Source of the DNA: an uncultured Lachnospiraceae bacterium
GTDB lineage: Bacteria > Bacillota > Clostridia > Lachnospirales > Lachnospiraceae
NCBI GenBank assembly: GCA_949502235.1
Contig: CATBDC010000012.1
Span: 7,473 to 71,472 of the forward strand
Reading direction: 5' to 3'
DNA: 64,000 bases
The notes beneath the pieces are model-generated. The model ran no database searches and was not told the origin of the DNA. It saw only the letters and a list, made by a program, of their open reading frames with translations. The first letter of the stretch is position 1. Every line of letters starts with the position of its first letter. A program made the position numbers and the translations under genes. Positions 10,971-20,984 of the stretch are shown here, one piece after another.

Positions 10971-11933
10971 ATGCAGAAAAGGACACCGGATTATGACAAT
11001 GTGTTTAAGACAATGAAGAGTAAACACAAAAGATTATTCATTTCTGTAATCAATGATACATTTGGGAAGAATTATCCTATGGATGCAAAGATAGAAATGC
11101 TGCCATCGGAGGGGTATATGACCGAAAGTGAAACTACAGATGGAAGTAAGGATATTGAAGAACAGATTTCAGACTTTGTAATTAAGATTGGAAAAGAAGT
11201 TTATCTTTTGGAATGTCAGAGTTATGACGATGGTTCCATGGCAATCAGAATTGCGGAGTATGCATTTATTGTTGCCAGACAGTTTGCAGCGTGGGATATT
11301 GGCCATGCGACCATTCCCATGCCGGGATTTTCGATTATTTATGTCAAAAGAACAGAAAAAACACCGAAAACAACAAGGATTACATTTACATTTCCGGACG
11401 GGCAGGAAGTGGATTATGAGTCAGAAAATGTAATTCTGGAGGAATTTACAAAGGAACAAATTGTTGAAAAGAGGTTGTTTCCCTATATTCCTTTTTATAT
11501 CGCAAGATATGAAAAAGACATTACTTCTGAAAATAATATAGAGAATGCAGCAGAAGATTTAGAATATTTCAGAAACGAAATGATTCGGCTGCATAAAAAA
11601 GGTGAATTAACAGACGATGAGATCATAGATCTCATGGGATTTGTAAATACCATTATTACACATATTACAAATGGAAACAAAAACGAAGAAAGGCTGGTGA
11701 ATATTATGGGAGGAACAGTGATTGAGACAGCATCTGAAAAATTGATCCGCAGAGGAAGAGAGACTGGAAAAGCAGAAGGAAAAGCAGAAGGAAAAGCAGA
11801 GGAAATTATTGAAATGGGGCAGGAGTTTGGCTTGGATGATGCGGCTATTTTGAAAAGACTGCAGGAAAAGATTGGATTGTCCTTAGAAACAGCAGCGGCC
11901 TATCTGGAGCAATATGGGAAGAAGCTTGTGTAG
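10971..11933 (+). CDS. Rpn-family (YhgA-like) PD-(D/E)XK recombination-promoting nuclease / putative transposase
   Basis: The core DFVIKIGKEVYLLECQS fits the D...E.Q/K nuclease motif of this family. The C-terminal tail has the helical G-x-x-E-G repeats typical of Rpn proteins. AT-rich and flanked by long non-coding gaps. Confidence 0.65.
   Translation: MQKRTPDYDNVFKTMKSKHKRLFISVINDTFGKNYPMDAKIEMLPSEGYMTESETTDGSKDIEEQISDFVIKIGKEVYLLECQSYDDGSMAIRIAEYAFIVARQFAAWDIGHATIPMPGFSIIYVKRTEKTPKTTRITFTFPDGQEVDYESENVILEEFTKEQIVEKRLFPYIPFYIARYEKDITSENNIENAAEDLEYFRNEMIRLHKKGELTDDEIIDLMGFVNTIITHITNGNKNEERLVNIMGGTVIETASEKLIRRGRETGKAEGKAEGKAEEIIEMGQEFGLDDAAILKRLQEKIGLSLETAAAYLEQYGKKLV
11766..11801 (+). repeat. 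3 x 12-nt in-frame tandem repeat (GGAAAAGCAGAA) encoding GKAE-GKAE-GKAE
   Basis: Read directly from the sequence, inside the Rpn-family ORF. Confidence 0.9.
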
Positions 11934-12001
11934 GAATATCAATAAAAAGGGCTTGTCGGATGGCAGGCTCTTTTATATTGGATAGATCTTTGAAAATGTT
12001 C

Positions 12002-12030
12002 TTGACATTAGTTGTATCATTGTATACAAT
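12002..12030 (+). promoter_or_regulatory. Sigma-A type promoter of the citrate synthase/GntR/icd unit
   Basis: TTGACA (12002-12007), a 17-nt spacer, then TACAAT (12025-12030). Confidence 0.65.
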
Positions 12031-12037
12031 GATACAA
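12012..12037. promoter_or_regulatory. Perfect 26-bp palindrome, candidate GntR/FadR-type operator
   Basis: TTGTATCATTGTATACAATGATACAA equals its own reverse complement. The centre TTGTATACAA fits the t.GT...AC.a GntR operator pattern, and the palindrome overlaps the -10 box. Confidence 0.6.
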
Positions 12038-12081
12038 GATTGATTTTGCACTTTACTACAGGAAAGACCGGGAGGATGAAA

Positions 12082-13473
12082 ATGGAGAACAGAAAAGTAT
12101 ATCTTGATAAACATTCTAATTTGCTGCAGCTTGAGGAGCATATGTATCCCCTTGTGGATGTGGAAAGCCCTAATGTATTCCGAAATCTGTTCAGCTATGA
12201 GGAGGTTCCGAAGATAGCGTTTAACGACCGTATTGTACCCCACAGTATGCCTGAGGAGATATGGATCACGGATACTACCTTCCGGGACGGCCAGCAGTCC
12301 AGGGCGCCCTACAGCACAGAGCAGATCGTGACGCTCTATGACTATTTTCACAGGCTTGGCGGGGTGAATGGGAAGATCCGCCAGTGTGAGTTTTTCCTGT
12401 ACAGTAAAAAGGACAGGGATGCGGTGTACAAGTGCATGGAGAAGGGATACAAATTTCCGGAGGTCACAAGCTGGATCCGTGCAAGCAAGAAGGATTTTGA
12501 GCTTGTGAAGGAGATTGGCATGAAGGAGACAGGAATTCTGGTAAGCTGCTCTGATTATCATATTTTTTATAAGCTTAAGATGACCAGACGGGAATGTATG
12601 AAGCATTATCTATCTGTTGTGAGGGAATGTCTGGAGACAGGGGTAAGCCCCAGGTGCCACTTAGAGGACATTACAAGGTCAGACATTTACGGGTTTGTCA
12701 TTCCCTTCTGCCTGGAGCTTATGAAGCTTATGGAGGAATATGATATTCCAGTGAAGATCCGTGTCTGTGATACGATGGGATATGGGGTGAATTATCCGGG
12801 AGCCGTAATTCCGCGGTCTATTCCAGGAATAATCTACGGAATCCGCGTTCACGCCGGAGTGCCCAGCGAGCTGATTGAATTTCACGGACATAATGATTTT
12901 TACAAGGCAGTCAGCAATTCTACGACAGCATGGCTTTACGGTGCAAGCGGGGTAAACTGTTCCTTATTTGGAATCGGGGAGCGGACAGGAAATACGCCTC
13001 TTGAGGCAATGGTATTTGAATATGCCCAGCTTCGGGGAACTCTTGACGGCATGGATACAACGGTCATCACAGAGCTTGCAGAGTATTATGAAAAGGAGAT
13101 CGGCTACAGGGTTCCTTCCAGGACTCCTTTTGTGGGCAGGAATTTTAATGTGACACGGGCAGGGATCCATGCGGACGGTCTTTTGAAAAATGAGGAGATT
13201 TACAATGTGTTTGACACGGAGAAATTTTTAAACCGCCCGCCCCTTGTGGCTGTTTCCAATACATCAGGGCTTGCGGGAATCGCCCACTGGATTAATACGT
13301 ACTTTCACCTTACGGAAGACAGGCAGGTGGATAAGTCGTCAGAGCTTGTGGGCGAGGTAAAGGCATGGGTAGATGAGGAGTATGAGAGCGGGCGCGTGAC
13401 GGTGCTTACGGATGAGGAGCTTTTAGAAGTAATTGACAGTGCTTGTAAAAGGCTTGGAATTGATTTAATATAA
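12082..13473 (+). CDS. Homocitrate/isopropylmalate synthase-family enzyme, probable Re-face citrate synthase
   Basis: The DTTFRDGQQS and HGHNDF motifs belong to the DRE-TIM HMGL-like family. The long N-terminal extension and the position next to icd match the clostridial Re-citrate synthase type. GGAGG lies 6 nt upstream of the ATG at 12082. Confidence 0.65.
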   Translation: MENRKVYLDKHSNLLQLEEHMYPLVDVESPNVFRNLFSYEEVPKIAFNDRIVPHSMPEEIWITDTTFRDGQQSRAPYSTEQIVTLYDYFHRLGGVNGKIRQCEFFLYSKKDRDAVYKCMEKGYKFPEVTSWIRASKKDFELVKEIGMKETGILVSCSDYHIFYKLKMTRRECMKHYLSVVRECLETGVSPRCHLEDITRSDIYGFVIPFCLELMKLMEEYDIPVKIRVCDTMGYGVNYPGAVIPRSIPGIIYGIRVHAGVPSELIEFHGHNDFYKAVSNSTTAWLYGASGVNCSLFGIGERTGNTPLEAMVFEYAQLRGTLDGMDTTVITELAEYYEKEIGYRVPSRTPFVGRNFNVTRAGIHADGLLKNEEIYNVFDTEKFLNRPPLVAVSNTSGLAGIAHWINTYFHLTEDRQVDKSSELVGEVKAWVDEEYESGRVTVLTDEELLEVIDSACKRLGIDLI

Positions 13474-13522
13474 TTAAGGGGTGCGACCCATATAAGAGGA
13501 TATAGAAGAGGTATATCGAAAA

Positions 13523-14170
13523 ATGGAAGTGTATGAAGACCATTCCCTGCGCGGCAGAGTATTTGAGAGGCTGCGGGAGGATATCTTATCAGGAGTATAT
13601 AAGGAAAAGGATGAGCTTAGGGAGGTTTCCATAGGGGAAGAGCTGGGAGTGAGCAGGACGCCGGTGAGAGAGGCCTTAAGGCAGCTGGAGCTTGAAGGGC
13701 TTGTGAAGATTATTCCCAATAAGGGAGCCTATGTGACAGGAATCACCCAGGCGGATGTGAGGGATATTTATAAAATCCGTTCCCTGTTAGAGGGCTTATG
13801 TACCAGATGGGCGACCGAACATATTACCCAGGAGCAGATTTTAGAGCTGGAGGAGATTATGCTTCTCTCGAAATTTCACCTGAAGAAGGGGAAATGTGCA
13901 GAGCAGGTGTCTGTACTTGACGGGAGATTCCACAAGGTTCTCTACGAGGCATCGGATAGCCGTGTGCTGGAGCATGTGCTGTCTGATTTCCATAAATATG
14001 TTAAAATGGCCAGACGGATTTCCGTGGGCTCCGAAGGCAGGGCAGAAAAATCCGTGGAGGAGCACAGGCAGATTCTGGAGGCAATTAAGAGAAAGGATGC
14101 GGATATGGCGGAGGAGCTAGCCAACAGACATATTATGAATGCAATGGCAAATCTGCATATTGAAGGGTAG
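13523..14170 (+). CDS. GntR family transcriptional regulator (FadR subfamily, FCD domain)
   Basis: N-terminal winged HTH (LREVSIGEELGVSRTPVREALRQLELEGLV) and an all-helical C-terminal domain. Confidence 0.9.
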   Translation: MEVYEDHSLRGRVFERLREDILSGVYKEKDELREVSIGEELGVSRTPVREALRQLELEGLVKIIPNKGAYVTGITQADVRDIYKIRSLLEGLCTRWATEHITQEQILELEEIMLLSKFHLKKGKCAEQVSVLDGRFHKVLYEASDSRVLEHVLSDFHKYVKMARRISVGSEGRAEKSVEEHRQILEAIKRKDADMAEELANRHIMNAMANLHIEG

Positions 14171-14222
14171 GAATAGTGAACCTGTATATTGAAACATAAG
14201 TAAGAACAAGGAGGAAGAAAAA

Positions 14223-15425
14223 ATGGCAAAAATTAAGATGGAAACACCGATTGTTGAAATGGACGGGGATGAGATGACAAGGATCCTCTGGAAGATGATC
14301 AAGGAGCATCTTTTAGAGCCGTTTGTGGAGCTGAATACAGAGTATTATGACCTGGGGCTTGAACACCGAAACGAAACGGACGACCAGGTGACGGTTGATT
14401 CTGCAAATGCTGCAAAGAAATATAAGGTGGCGGTAAAATGTGCTACAATCACGCCAAATGCAGCCCGTATGGAGGAATATGACTTAAAGGAAATGTGGAA
14501 GAGCCCGAACGGAACCATCCGCGCGATTCTTGACGGAACCGTATTCCGTGCTCCTATCGTTGTAAAGGGAATCGAGCCCTGTGTAAAGAACTGGAAAAAG
14601 CCTATTACCATTGCAAGGCATGCCTATGGCGATGTATATAAGAATACAGAGATGAAAATTCCTGGTGCTGGAAAGGTTGAGCTTGTGTATACGGCAGAGG
14701 ATGGGACCAAGATAAGAGAGCTTGTACATAATTATACAGGCGCCGGTATTGCCCAGGGGATGCATAACCTGAATGGCTCTATTGAGAGCTTTGCGAGAAG
14801 CTGCTTTCATTATGCACTGGATACGAAGCAGGATCTGTGGTTTGCCACAAAGGATACGATTTCCAAAAAGTATGACCATACCTTTAAGGATATCTTCCAG
14901 GAGATTTTTGATGCGGAGTATAAGGAGGAATTTGAGAAGGCAGGGATTGTGTATTTTTACACTCTGATTGATGATGCAGTGGCCCGCGTCATGAAGTCAG
15001 AGGGCGGATACATCTGGGCCTGCAAAAACTATGACGGAGATGTGATGAGCGACATGATTTCCTCGGCCTTCGGTTCTCTTGCCATGATGACCTCTGTGCT
15101 CGTATCTCCGGAAGGATACTATGAATACGAGGCTGCCCACGGGACGGTGCAGAGGCATTATTATAAGCATTTGAAGGGAGAGGAGACCTCCACAAATTCC
15201 GTAGCAACGATTTTCGCCTGGACGGGAGCCCTTAGAAAACGGGGAGAGATGGATGGAAATAAGGAGCTGATGGAATTTGCAGACCGGCTTGAGAAGGCGA
15301 CTATTGATACCATTGAGGAGGGGAAGATGACAAAGGATTTGGCGCTGATTACAACGTTTACGGATCCTGTGGTATTAAACAGTGAAGAATTTATTAAGGC
15401 CATAGCAGAAAAACTGGGGCTATAG
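14223..15425 (+). CDS. icd: NADP-dependent isocitrate dehydrogenase (eukaryote-like subfamily II)
   Basis: 400 aa. The N-terminal [14 protein letters not shown] and later HGTVQRHY motifs are characteristic of IDH1/2-type enzymes. Confidence 0.93.
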   Translation: MAKIKMETPIVEMDGDEMTRILWKMIKEHLLEPFVELNTEYYDLGLEHRNETDDQVTVDSANAAKKYKVAVKCATITPNAARMEEYDLKEMWKSPNGTIRAILDGTVFRAPIVVKGIEPCVKNWKKPITIARHAYGDVYKNTEMKIPGAGKVELVYTAEDGTKIRELVHNYTGAGIAQGMHNLNGSIESFARSCFHYALDTKQDLWFATKDTISKKYDHTFKDIFQEIFDAEYKEEFEKAGIVYFYTLIDDAVARVMKSEGGYIWACKNYDGDVMSDMISSAFGSLAMMTSVLVSPEGYYEYEAAHGTVQRHYYKHLKGEETSTNSVATIFAWTGALRKRGEMDGNKELMEFADRLEKATIDTIEEGKMTKDLALITTFTDPVVLNSEEFIKAIAEKLGL

Positions 15426-15441
15426 GATTAAATTGTAAAAG

Positions 15442-15464
15442 AAGGGAGGAAAAAGTCCTCCCTT
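15442..15464. terminator. Bidirectional hairpin between the convergent icd and ABC-F genes
   Basis: AAGGGAGGA pairs with TCCTCCCTT across a 5-nt loop, with A/T runs on both sides. Confidence 0.6.
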
Positions 15465-17392
15465 TAATTTGCAAGTACTTCCCATATATTATAAAGCTTT
15501 TCAAGCTCTTCTTCAAGCTCTGCCTTTTCGCCGGAAAGCTCCTGGCATTTTATGGAGTCTGTGTAGATCTCCTCCTGGGTCATAAGCTCATCGATCTGAG
15601 CGCTGCGCTCTTCTAAGGAGGAGATTTTATCCTCGGTTTTCTTCAGGTCATTCTGCCGTTTGCGCTCTTTTGCCTGTGCTTCCTTTTGTTCCTGCCAGCT
15701 TAATTTAGAATCGTTTTTACATGTATCCTTTGGAGAGAAGACCTCTTTACCGGTATTCGCAGCGCCTCCAGCATAGGCGGCTGTAAGCTCGTCCCTTTTT
15801 TCCAGATAGTAGTCATAATTCCCGATGTAGTTTACGAAGGTCTGGTTTACCAGATCAAGGATTCTTGTGGCGGTCTGATTGATAAAATAACGGTCATGGG
15901 ATACATAAAGTACGGTTCCGGTGTAATCATTCAGCGCTTTTTCAAGGATCTCCTTTGAGGTAATATCCAGATGGTTTGTGGGCTCATCCAGAATGAGGAA
16001 ATTTGCTTCAGAGAGCATGAGCTTTGCCAGGGATACCCGTCCTCTTTCCCCGCCGCTTAAGTCTCCGATAAGCTTAAATACATCATCCCCCGTAAACAGG
16101 AAGGCGGCAAGCATATTCCGTATCTGTGTTCCCGTAAGGGAAGGGTAGTCATCGGAAATCTCGTCAAAAACCGTCTTGTCCATATGAAGGACATGGTGCT
16201 CCTGATCGTAATAGCCAATCTGGACATTCGTTCCCAGACTGAAACTCCCGCTGTCTGCCGGAAGAACCTGGTTTAATATTTTAAGAAGAGTCGTCTTGCC
16301 GGTACCGTTGTCACCTATGACTGCCACATGCTCTCCCCGCTTTATCTCAAAATTAACATCCGTAAATAAGGTATGGGGCGGGAAGGATTTGCTTAAGTGC
16401 TCCACCGAGAGCACGTCATTTCCGCTTATCTTTGCAGGCTCCAAATTTAAATGGATTTCTGTGTGAAGCAATGCCGGCTTTTCCACGGGCTTTATTTTTT
16501 CCAGCATCTTTTCCCGGCTCTCCGCCCGCCGGATGGATTTTTCCCGGTTAAAGGAGCGGAGCTTTTCAATAACTGCCTCCTGGTGCCGGATTTCCTGCTG
16601 CTGGTTTAAATATTCCTTAAGCCTTGCCTCGCGCAGCTGTTTCTTTTTTTCCGCGTAATCATGGTAATTGCCCATATAAGTCATAAGCCCGCTGTTTTCA
16701 ATCTCCACAATTTTTGTAACCACGCGGTTTAAGAAATACCGGTCGTGGGAAACAATAAGAACCGCTCCCGGATAGTTGAGGAGATAGGTTTCAAGCCATG
16801 CGATGGAATTTAGATCCAGATGGTTTGTAGGTTCATCAAGAAGAAGGATGTCCGGCTTTGTAAGGAGAAGCTTTCCTAAGGAAACACGGGTTTTCTGCCC
16901 CCCGGACAGCGTGTCTGTCCTCTTGCCAAAATCAGATTCCTCAAAGCCAAGTCCTTTCAGTACTCCGGCAATCTCACTTTCATATGCATAGCCGTTGTCA
17001 TTTTCAAAGGCAGTCATAAGCCGGTGATAGGTTTCCATGCGTTTTTCAAGCTCTGTACCGCTTAAATGCTTCATCTCAAGCTCAATGGCACGGATCTTGT
17101 GTTCCATTTCGATAAGCCCTGCCTTTGCAGTTTTTACCTCTTCATATATCGTACCTCCACTTATCATATCCTGATGCTGTGCCAGATACCCTAATGTTTT
17201 TCCCTTTGTAAGTACGACACTTCCCCCATCGGGAGGAAGCTCACCTACGATCATCTTAAATATAGTAGTCTTTCCTGCCCCGTTGATTCCCACAAGGGCA
17301 GCCTTTTCATGCTCCTCTATATGAAAAGAGCCATTTTTAACAATAACCTCTTCTCCAAACGCCTTACAAATCCCCTGACAAGCAAGTATCAT
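15464..17392 (-). CDS. ABC-F family ATPase (YdiF/Uup-like, no transmembrane domain)
   Basis: 642 aa with two ABC cassettes (GINGAGKTT and GDNGTGKTT; LSGGQ and LSGGE), an inter-domain linker and a C-terminal coiled coil. Confidence 0.9.
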   Translation of the reverse strand: MILACQGICKAFGEEVIVKNGSFHIEEHEKAALVGINGAGKTTIFKMIVGELPPDGGSVVLTKGKTLGYLAQHQDMISGGTIYEEVKTAKAGLIEMEHKIRAIELEMKHLSGTELEKRMETYHRLMTAFENDNGYAYESEIAGVLKGLGFEESDFGKRTDTLSGGQKTRVSLGKLLLTKPDILLLDEPTNHLDLNSIAWLETYLLNYPGAVLIVSHDRYFLNRVVTKIVEIENSGLMTYMGNYHDYAEKKKQLREARLKEYLNQQQEIRHQEAVIEKLRSFNREKSIRRAESREKMLEKIKPVEKPALLHTEIHLNLEPAKISGNDVLSVEHLSKSFPPHTLFTDVNFEIKRGEHVAVIGDNGTGKTTLLKILNQVLPADSGSFSLGTNVQIGYYDQEHHVLHMDKTVFDEISDDYPSLTGTQIRNMLAAFLFTGDDVFKLIGDLSGGERGRVSLAKLMLSEANFLILDEPTNHLDITSKEILEKALNDYTGTVLYVSHDRYFINQTATRILDLVNQTFVNYIGNYDYYLEKRDELTAAYAGGAANTGKEVFSPKDTCKNDSKLSWQEQKEAQAKERKRQNDLKKTEDKISSLEERSAQIDELMTQEEIYTDSIKCQELSGEKAELEEELEKLYNIWEVLAN

Positions 17393-17461
17393 AATGAATC
17401 CCCCAATATCAATGTAAACAACAATATTATAACAAAAATTGTTAAAAAAACAACTAAAAGT

Positions 17462-17490
17462 TTGACTTTAAGTACACAATTTACTATAAT
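17462..17490 (+). promoter_or_regulatory. Sigma-A type promoter of rex
   Basis: TTGACT (17462-17467), a 17-nt spacer, then TATAAT (17485-17490). Confidence 0.65.
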
Positions 17491-17529
17491 AATTTCTAGA
17501 TATATTCCGAGGGGAAAGGTGGAAGTGTA

Positions 17530-18171
17530 ATGCAAGGCAGGGAAATTTCTCAGGCAGTTATACAGAGACTGCCGAGATATTACAGATATCTGGGTGAATT
17601 ACTGGAGGATGGAGTGGAGAGGATTTCATCAAATGACCTAAGCAAGCGGATGAAGGTGACAGCATCCCAGATAAGACAGGATTTAAACAATTTCGGCGGA
17701 TTCGGCCAGCAGGGCTATGGATATAATGTGAAGTATTTATATACAGAGATTGGAAAGATTCTTGGGCTTGAAGAAAATCATAATATGATTATAATTGGGG
17801 CAGGTAATTTAGGACAGGCGCTGGCGAATTATGCCGCGTTTGAGAAGAGAGGATTTGTATTAAAGGGTCTTTTTGACGTAAAGCCGGAGCTTAAGGGCGT
17901 AGAGATACGGGGCGTTAAGATACGCATGATGGATGAGCTTAAGGAGTTTGTCACAAACAATAATGTGGAGATAGCGGCGCTTACGATTCCGAAGGATATG
18001 GCTATTGAGGTGGCTAATATGCTGGTAGATAACGGAGTGGGTGCAATCTGGAACTTTGCGCATACGGATCTGAATCTCCCAGAGCATATTATTGTGGAGA
18101 ATGTACATTTGTCAGAGAGCCTGATGAAGCTTTCTTACAATATATGCCGCTATAAGGAGAAACACAAATAG
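17530..18171 (+). CDS. rex: Redox-sensing transcriptional repressor Rex
   Basis: N-terminal RLPRYYRYL winged helix and a Rossmann motif IIGAGNLGQALANY. Confidence 0.93.
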   Translation: MQGREISQAVIQRLPRYYRYLGELLEDGVERISSNDLSKRMKVTASQIRQDLNNFGGFGQQGYGYNVKYLYTEIGKILGLEENHNMIIIGAGNLGQALANYAAFEKRGFVLKGLFDVKPELKGVEIRGVKIRMMDELKEFVTNNNVEIAALTIPKDMAIEVANMLVDNGVGAIWNFAHTDLNLPEHIIVENVHLSESLMKLSYNICRYKEKHK

Positions 18172-18175
18172 TTAA

Positions 18176-18221
18176 AACGTGTAGAGAAGAGCTGGCTCAT
18201 CTTTACACGTTGTTTCTTCGT
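18176..18221 (+). terminator. Probable rex terminator
   Basis: AACGTGTAGAGA pairs with TCTTTACACGTT (one mismatch) and is followed by GTTTCTTCGTT. Confidence 0.45.
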
Positions 18222-18243
18222 TACTGTAAATAAGGAGGATAAT

Positions 18244-19746
18244 ATGTGGTATTTGCCAACTGGCGGGCAGATGAAAAATGCCGACAGATATACAATTCAG
18301 GAGCTTAAGGTGCCCTCCCTTACACTAATGGAGAGGGCGGCGGCAGCCTGCGCAGAGGTGATTAGGAAAAAGAATTTTGACCAGTCTCATATCTGCGTGG
18401 TGTGCGGCTCGGGTAATAACGGGGGAGACGGATTTGCCATTGCCAGGATATTTGCGGACGAGGGTGCAAAAGTGACTGCCGTTATGGCGGGAAATCCCGG
18501 GCATCTCACAGAGGAGGCGCTGTATCAGAAGGAGCTTTTTGAAAAAACGGATGGCAGCCTATGTGACGAATTTAAAGAAGACGAATATAGTATCATCATA
18601 GATGCTGTTTTTGGAGTCGGCTTAAACAGAAAAGTTACAGGGAAATATTGTGACATCATAAACAGGATGAATATTTGCTCTGGCGTAAAGGTGGCGGTGG
18701 ACATTCCATCGGGTGTTTCATCAGAGACGGGAGCTGTTCTTGGAACCGCATTTCGGGCGGACTATACAGTTACTTTTCAGGCGCAGAAAATCGGAACGTT
18801 CCTTTATCCCGGACGGGAGTATGCAGGAGAGGTTATTACGGCGGATATCGGTATTACAGAAAAGCTTTTTAAAGCGGATAAGGATGTGGCGTATACCCAT
18901 GTTTCTTCTGAATATAGGGATATGCTTCCTGTCAGAAAAGCAGATTCAAATAAGGGCACATACGGGAAGGTTCTTATGATTGCCGGGAGCAAAGGGATGT
19001 CCGGCGCGGCTTATCTGAACGCCCTGGGGGCATACCGCACGGGAGCCGGGCTTGTGAGAATCTATACAGCGGAGGAAAACCGCGCCATCCTGCAGGGGCA
19101 GCTTCCGGAGGCAGTGATTACGGCATACGGGCTGTATGATGAAAGGGAGCTTTTAAAGCTTCTTGAATGGGCGGATGTGATCTGTATCGGCTCCGGTATG
19201 GGAACAACTGAAAAGGCATGGAAGATAGTAAGGACAACGGCTGAAAACGCGGAGGTTCCCTGTGTGATTGACGCGGACGCCCTGAATCTTCTTTCGGAGC
19301 ACAGGAAATATATAAAACAGCTTTTATCAAAGCAGGTTATTCTGACGCCCCATATCAAAGAGTTTTCCCGCCTTACAGGGAAAGCAGTGGAGGAAATAAA
19401 GGCGGATCGTACAGGCGCCTTGCGGGAATTTACAGAAAGTACAGGCGTTACATGTATTTTGAAGGATGCCGTGACGCTTATCAGAACAGGGGCAGGAAGG
19501 GTCTTTGTGAATTCTTCGGGATGTGCGGCTATGGCAAAGGCCGGTTCCGGAGATGTGCTTGCGGGAATTGTAACAGGGCTCCTTGCCCAGGGCCTTTCGT
19601 GTCATGAGGCGGCAGTTCTTGGGGCTTATCTTCATGGGCGTGCCGGAGAATACGCGGCAGAGGCGAAGGGAATTTACAGCATTCTCGCAAGGGATATTGC
19701 AGAAAATACCGGGGAGGTGATGAAGGAGTGGACCAGACAGATGTAA
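18244..19746 (+). CDS. nnr: Bifunctional NAD(P)H-hydrate repair enzyme Nnr (epimerase/dehydratase)
   Basis: An N-terminal YjeF_N domain (CGSGNNGGDG) fused to a C-terminal carbohydrate-kinase-like domain (AKAGSGDVLAG). Confidence 0.9.
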   Translation: MWYLPTGGQMKNADRYTIQELKVPSLTLMERAAAACAEVIRKKNFDQSHICVVCGSGNNGGDGFAIARIFADEGAKVTAVMAGNPGHLTEEALYQKELFEKTDGSLCDEFKEDEYSIIIDAVFGVGLNRKVTGKYCDIINRMNICSGVKVAVDIPSGVSSETGAVLGTAFRADYTVTFQAQKIGTFLYPGREYAGEVITADIGITEKLFKADKDVAYTHVSSEYRDMLPVRKADSNKGTYGKVLMIAGSKGMSGAAYLNALGAYRTGAGLVRIYTAEENRAILQGQLPEAVITAYGLYDERELLKLLEWADVICIGSGMGTTEKAWKIVRTTAENAEVPCVIDADALNLLSEHRKYIKQLLSKQVILTPHIKEFSRLTGKAVEEIKADRTGALREFTESTGVTCILKDAVTLIRTGAGRVFVNSSGCAAMAKAGSGDVLAGIVTGLLAQGLSCHEAAVLGAYLHGRAGEYAAEAKGIYSILARDIAENTGEVMKEWTRQM

Positions 19747-20909
19747 AGGCCTACAGCAGAATCCAGGCGGTTATTGATCTGGATGCAGTAGAGGACAATG
19801 TCCGGGGCATGAAAGAACACATAAATGGTACTGCAAAAATCTGTGCGGTTATTAAGATGGATGGCTATGGACACGGCGCAGCACAGATCGCAAGGATACT
19901 GGAGGATAAGGATTATATATGGGGATGTGCGGTGGCAACTCCGGATGAGGCCTATGCCCTGCGGAAAAAAGGGATCAAAAAACCGCTGCTGGTGCTTGGA
20001 TGTGTTTTTTCAGAACAGATAAAAGAACTGGTGGAGGAGGAAGTCCGTCTTACTGTGTATACAGAAGAGATGGCAGAAGAGATCTCCGGGATTGCCGGGG
20101 GCCTTGGAAAGAAAGCGTACATACATATAAAAGTGGATACCGGAATGTCAAGACTGGGATTTGCAGTCAGCGCAGAAAGTGCACAGGCTGTCCTTAGAAT
20201 CAGCAGGATGCCCAATCTTGTAATGGAAGGAATGTATACCCATTTTGCAAAGGCGGATGAAGCGGATAAGCAGTTTACAAAGAGACAGATGGAAGATTTT
20301 CTGTATATGAAGCAGATGCTTCTTGAAAAAGGGATCGTATTTTCGTATTATCACTGCTCTAACAGTGCGGGAATCATTGATATAGAGGAAGCAAACATGG
20401 ATTTTGTGCGGGCAGGGATTGCCATATACGGGCTGTATCCGTCAGAGGAGGTAAAAAAGGAGGCTGTGCCCCTAAGGCCGGCCATGGAATTAATAAGCCA
20501 TGCGGCCCATGTGAAATGGGTTCCGGAAGGGACGCCTGTAAGCTATGGAAGTATCCATGTTACAAAGAGGAGGACAAAGATTGTAACAGTGCCCGTAGGT
20601 TACGGCGATGGCTACCCCAGGAGCCTTTCAGAAAAGGGCTATGTTTTGATTCACGGGAAAAAGGCTCCTATTCTCGGGAGGATCTGTATGGATCAGTTTA
20701 TGGTGGATGCAACGGATATTCCTGATGTGAAATTCGCGGATAAGATTACGCTGATAGGAAGAAATGGAGGAGAAAATCTTCCCGTAGAAACTTTAAGTGA
20801 GCTGTCAGGCCGGTTTAATTATGAATTTGTCTGTAATCTCGGGAAAAGGATTCCGAGAACCTATATAAGGCAGGGGAGAGTTGTGGAACAGATGGATTAT
20901 TTTGAATGA
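19728..20909 (+). CDS. alr: Alanine racemase
   Basis: Has the AVIKMDGYGHG PLP-lysine motif and a C-terminal VSYG...PVGYGDGY motif. Uses a GTG start that overlaps the nnr 3' end by 19 nt. Confidence 0.93.
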   Translation: MDQTDVKAYSRIQAVIDLDAVEDNVRGMKEHINGTAKICAVIKMDGYGHGAAQIARILEDKDYIWGCAVATPDEAYALRKKGIKKPLLVLGCVFSEQIKELVEEEVRLTVYTEEMAEEISGIAGGLGKKAYIHIKVDTGMSRLGFAVSAESAQAVLRISRMPNLVMEGMYTHFAKADEADKQFTKRQMEDFLYMKQMLLEKGIVFSYYHCSNSAGIIDIEEANMDFVRAGIAIYGLYPSEEVKKEAVPLRPAMELISHAAHVKWVPEGTPVSYGSIHVTKRRTKIVTVPVGYGDGYPRSLSEKGYVLIHGKKAPILGRICMDQFMVDATDIPDVKFADKITLIGRNGGENLPVETLSELSGRFNYEFVCNLGKRIPRTYIRQGRVVEQMDYFE

Positions 20910-20984
20910 TATATTTTTAAGGAAACTCTATAGAATACTTTCGAAAAAGGTGGAAATACTAGTTTTATCTTAGAAAATCGGAGT

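Noticed and set aside
11845-12606. 253-aa minus-strand ORF spanning the Rpn gene end, the promoter region and the citrate synthase 5' end
   Set aside because: It overlaps two well-supported + strand genes and a promoter with palindrome. The composition is not protein-like and there is no RBS.
17439-17453. TTGTTAAAAAAACAA upstream of rex as an autoregulatory Rex box
   Set aside because: One half-site is perfect. The spacing and the second half do not fit TTGTTAA-N4-TTAACAA, and the region is very A-rich, so chance resemblance is likely.
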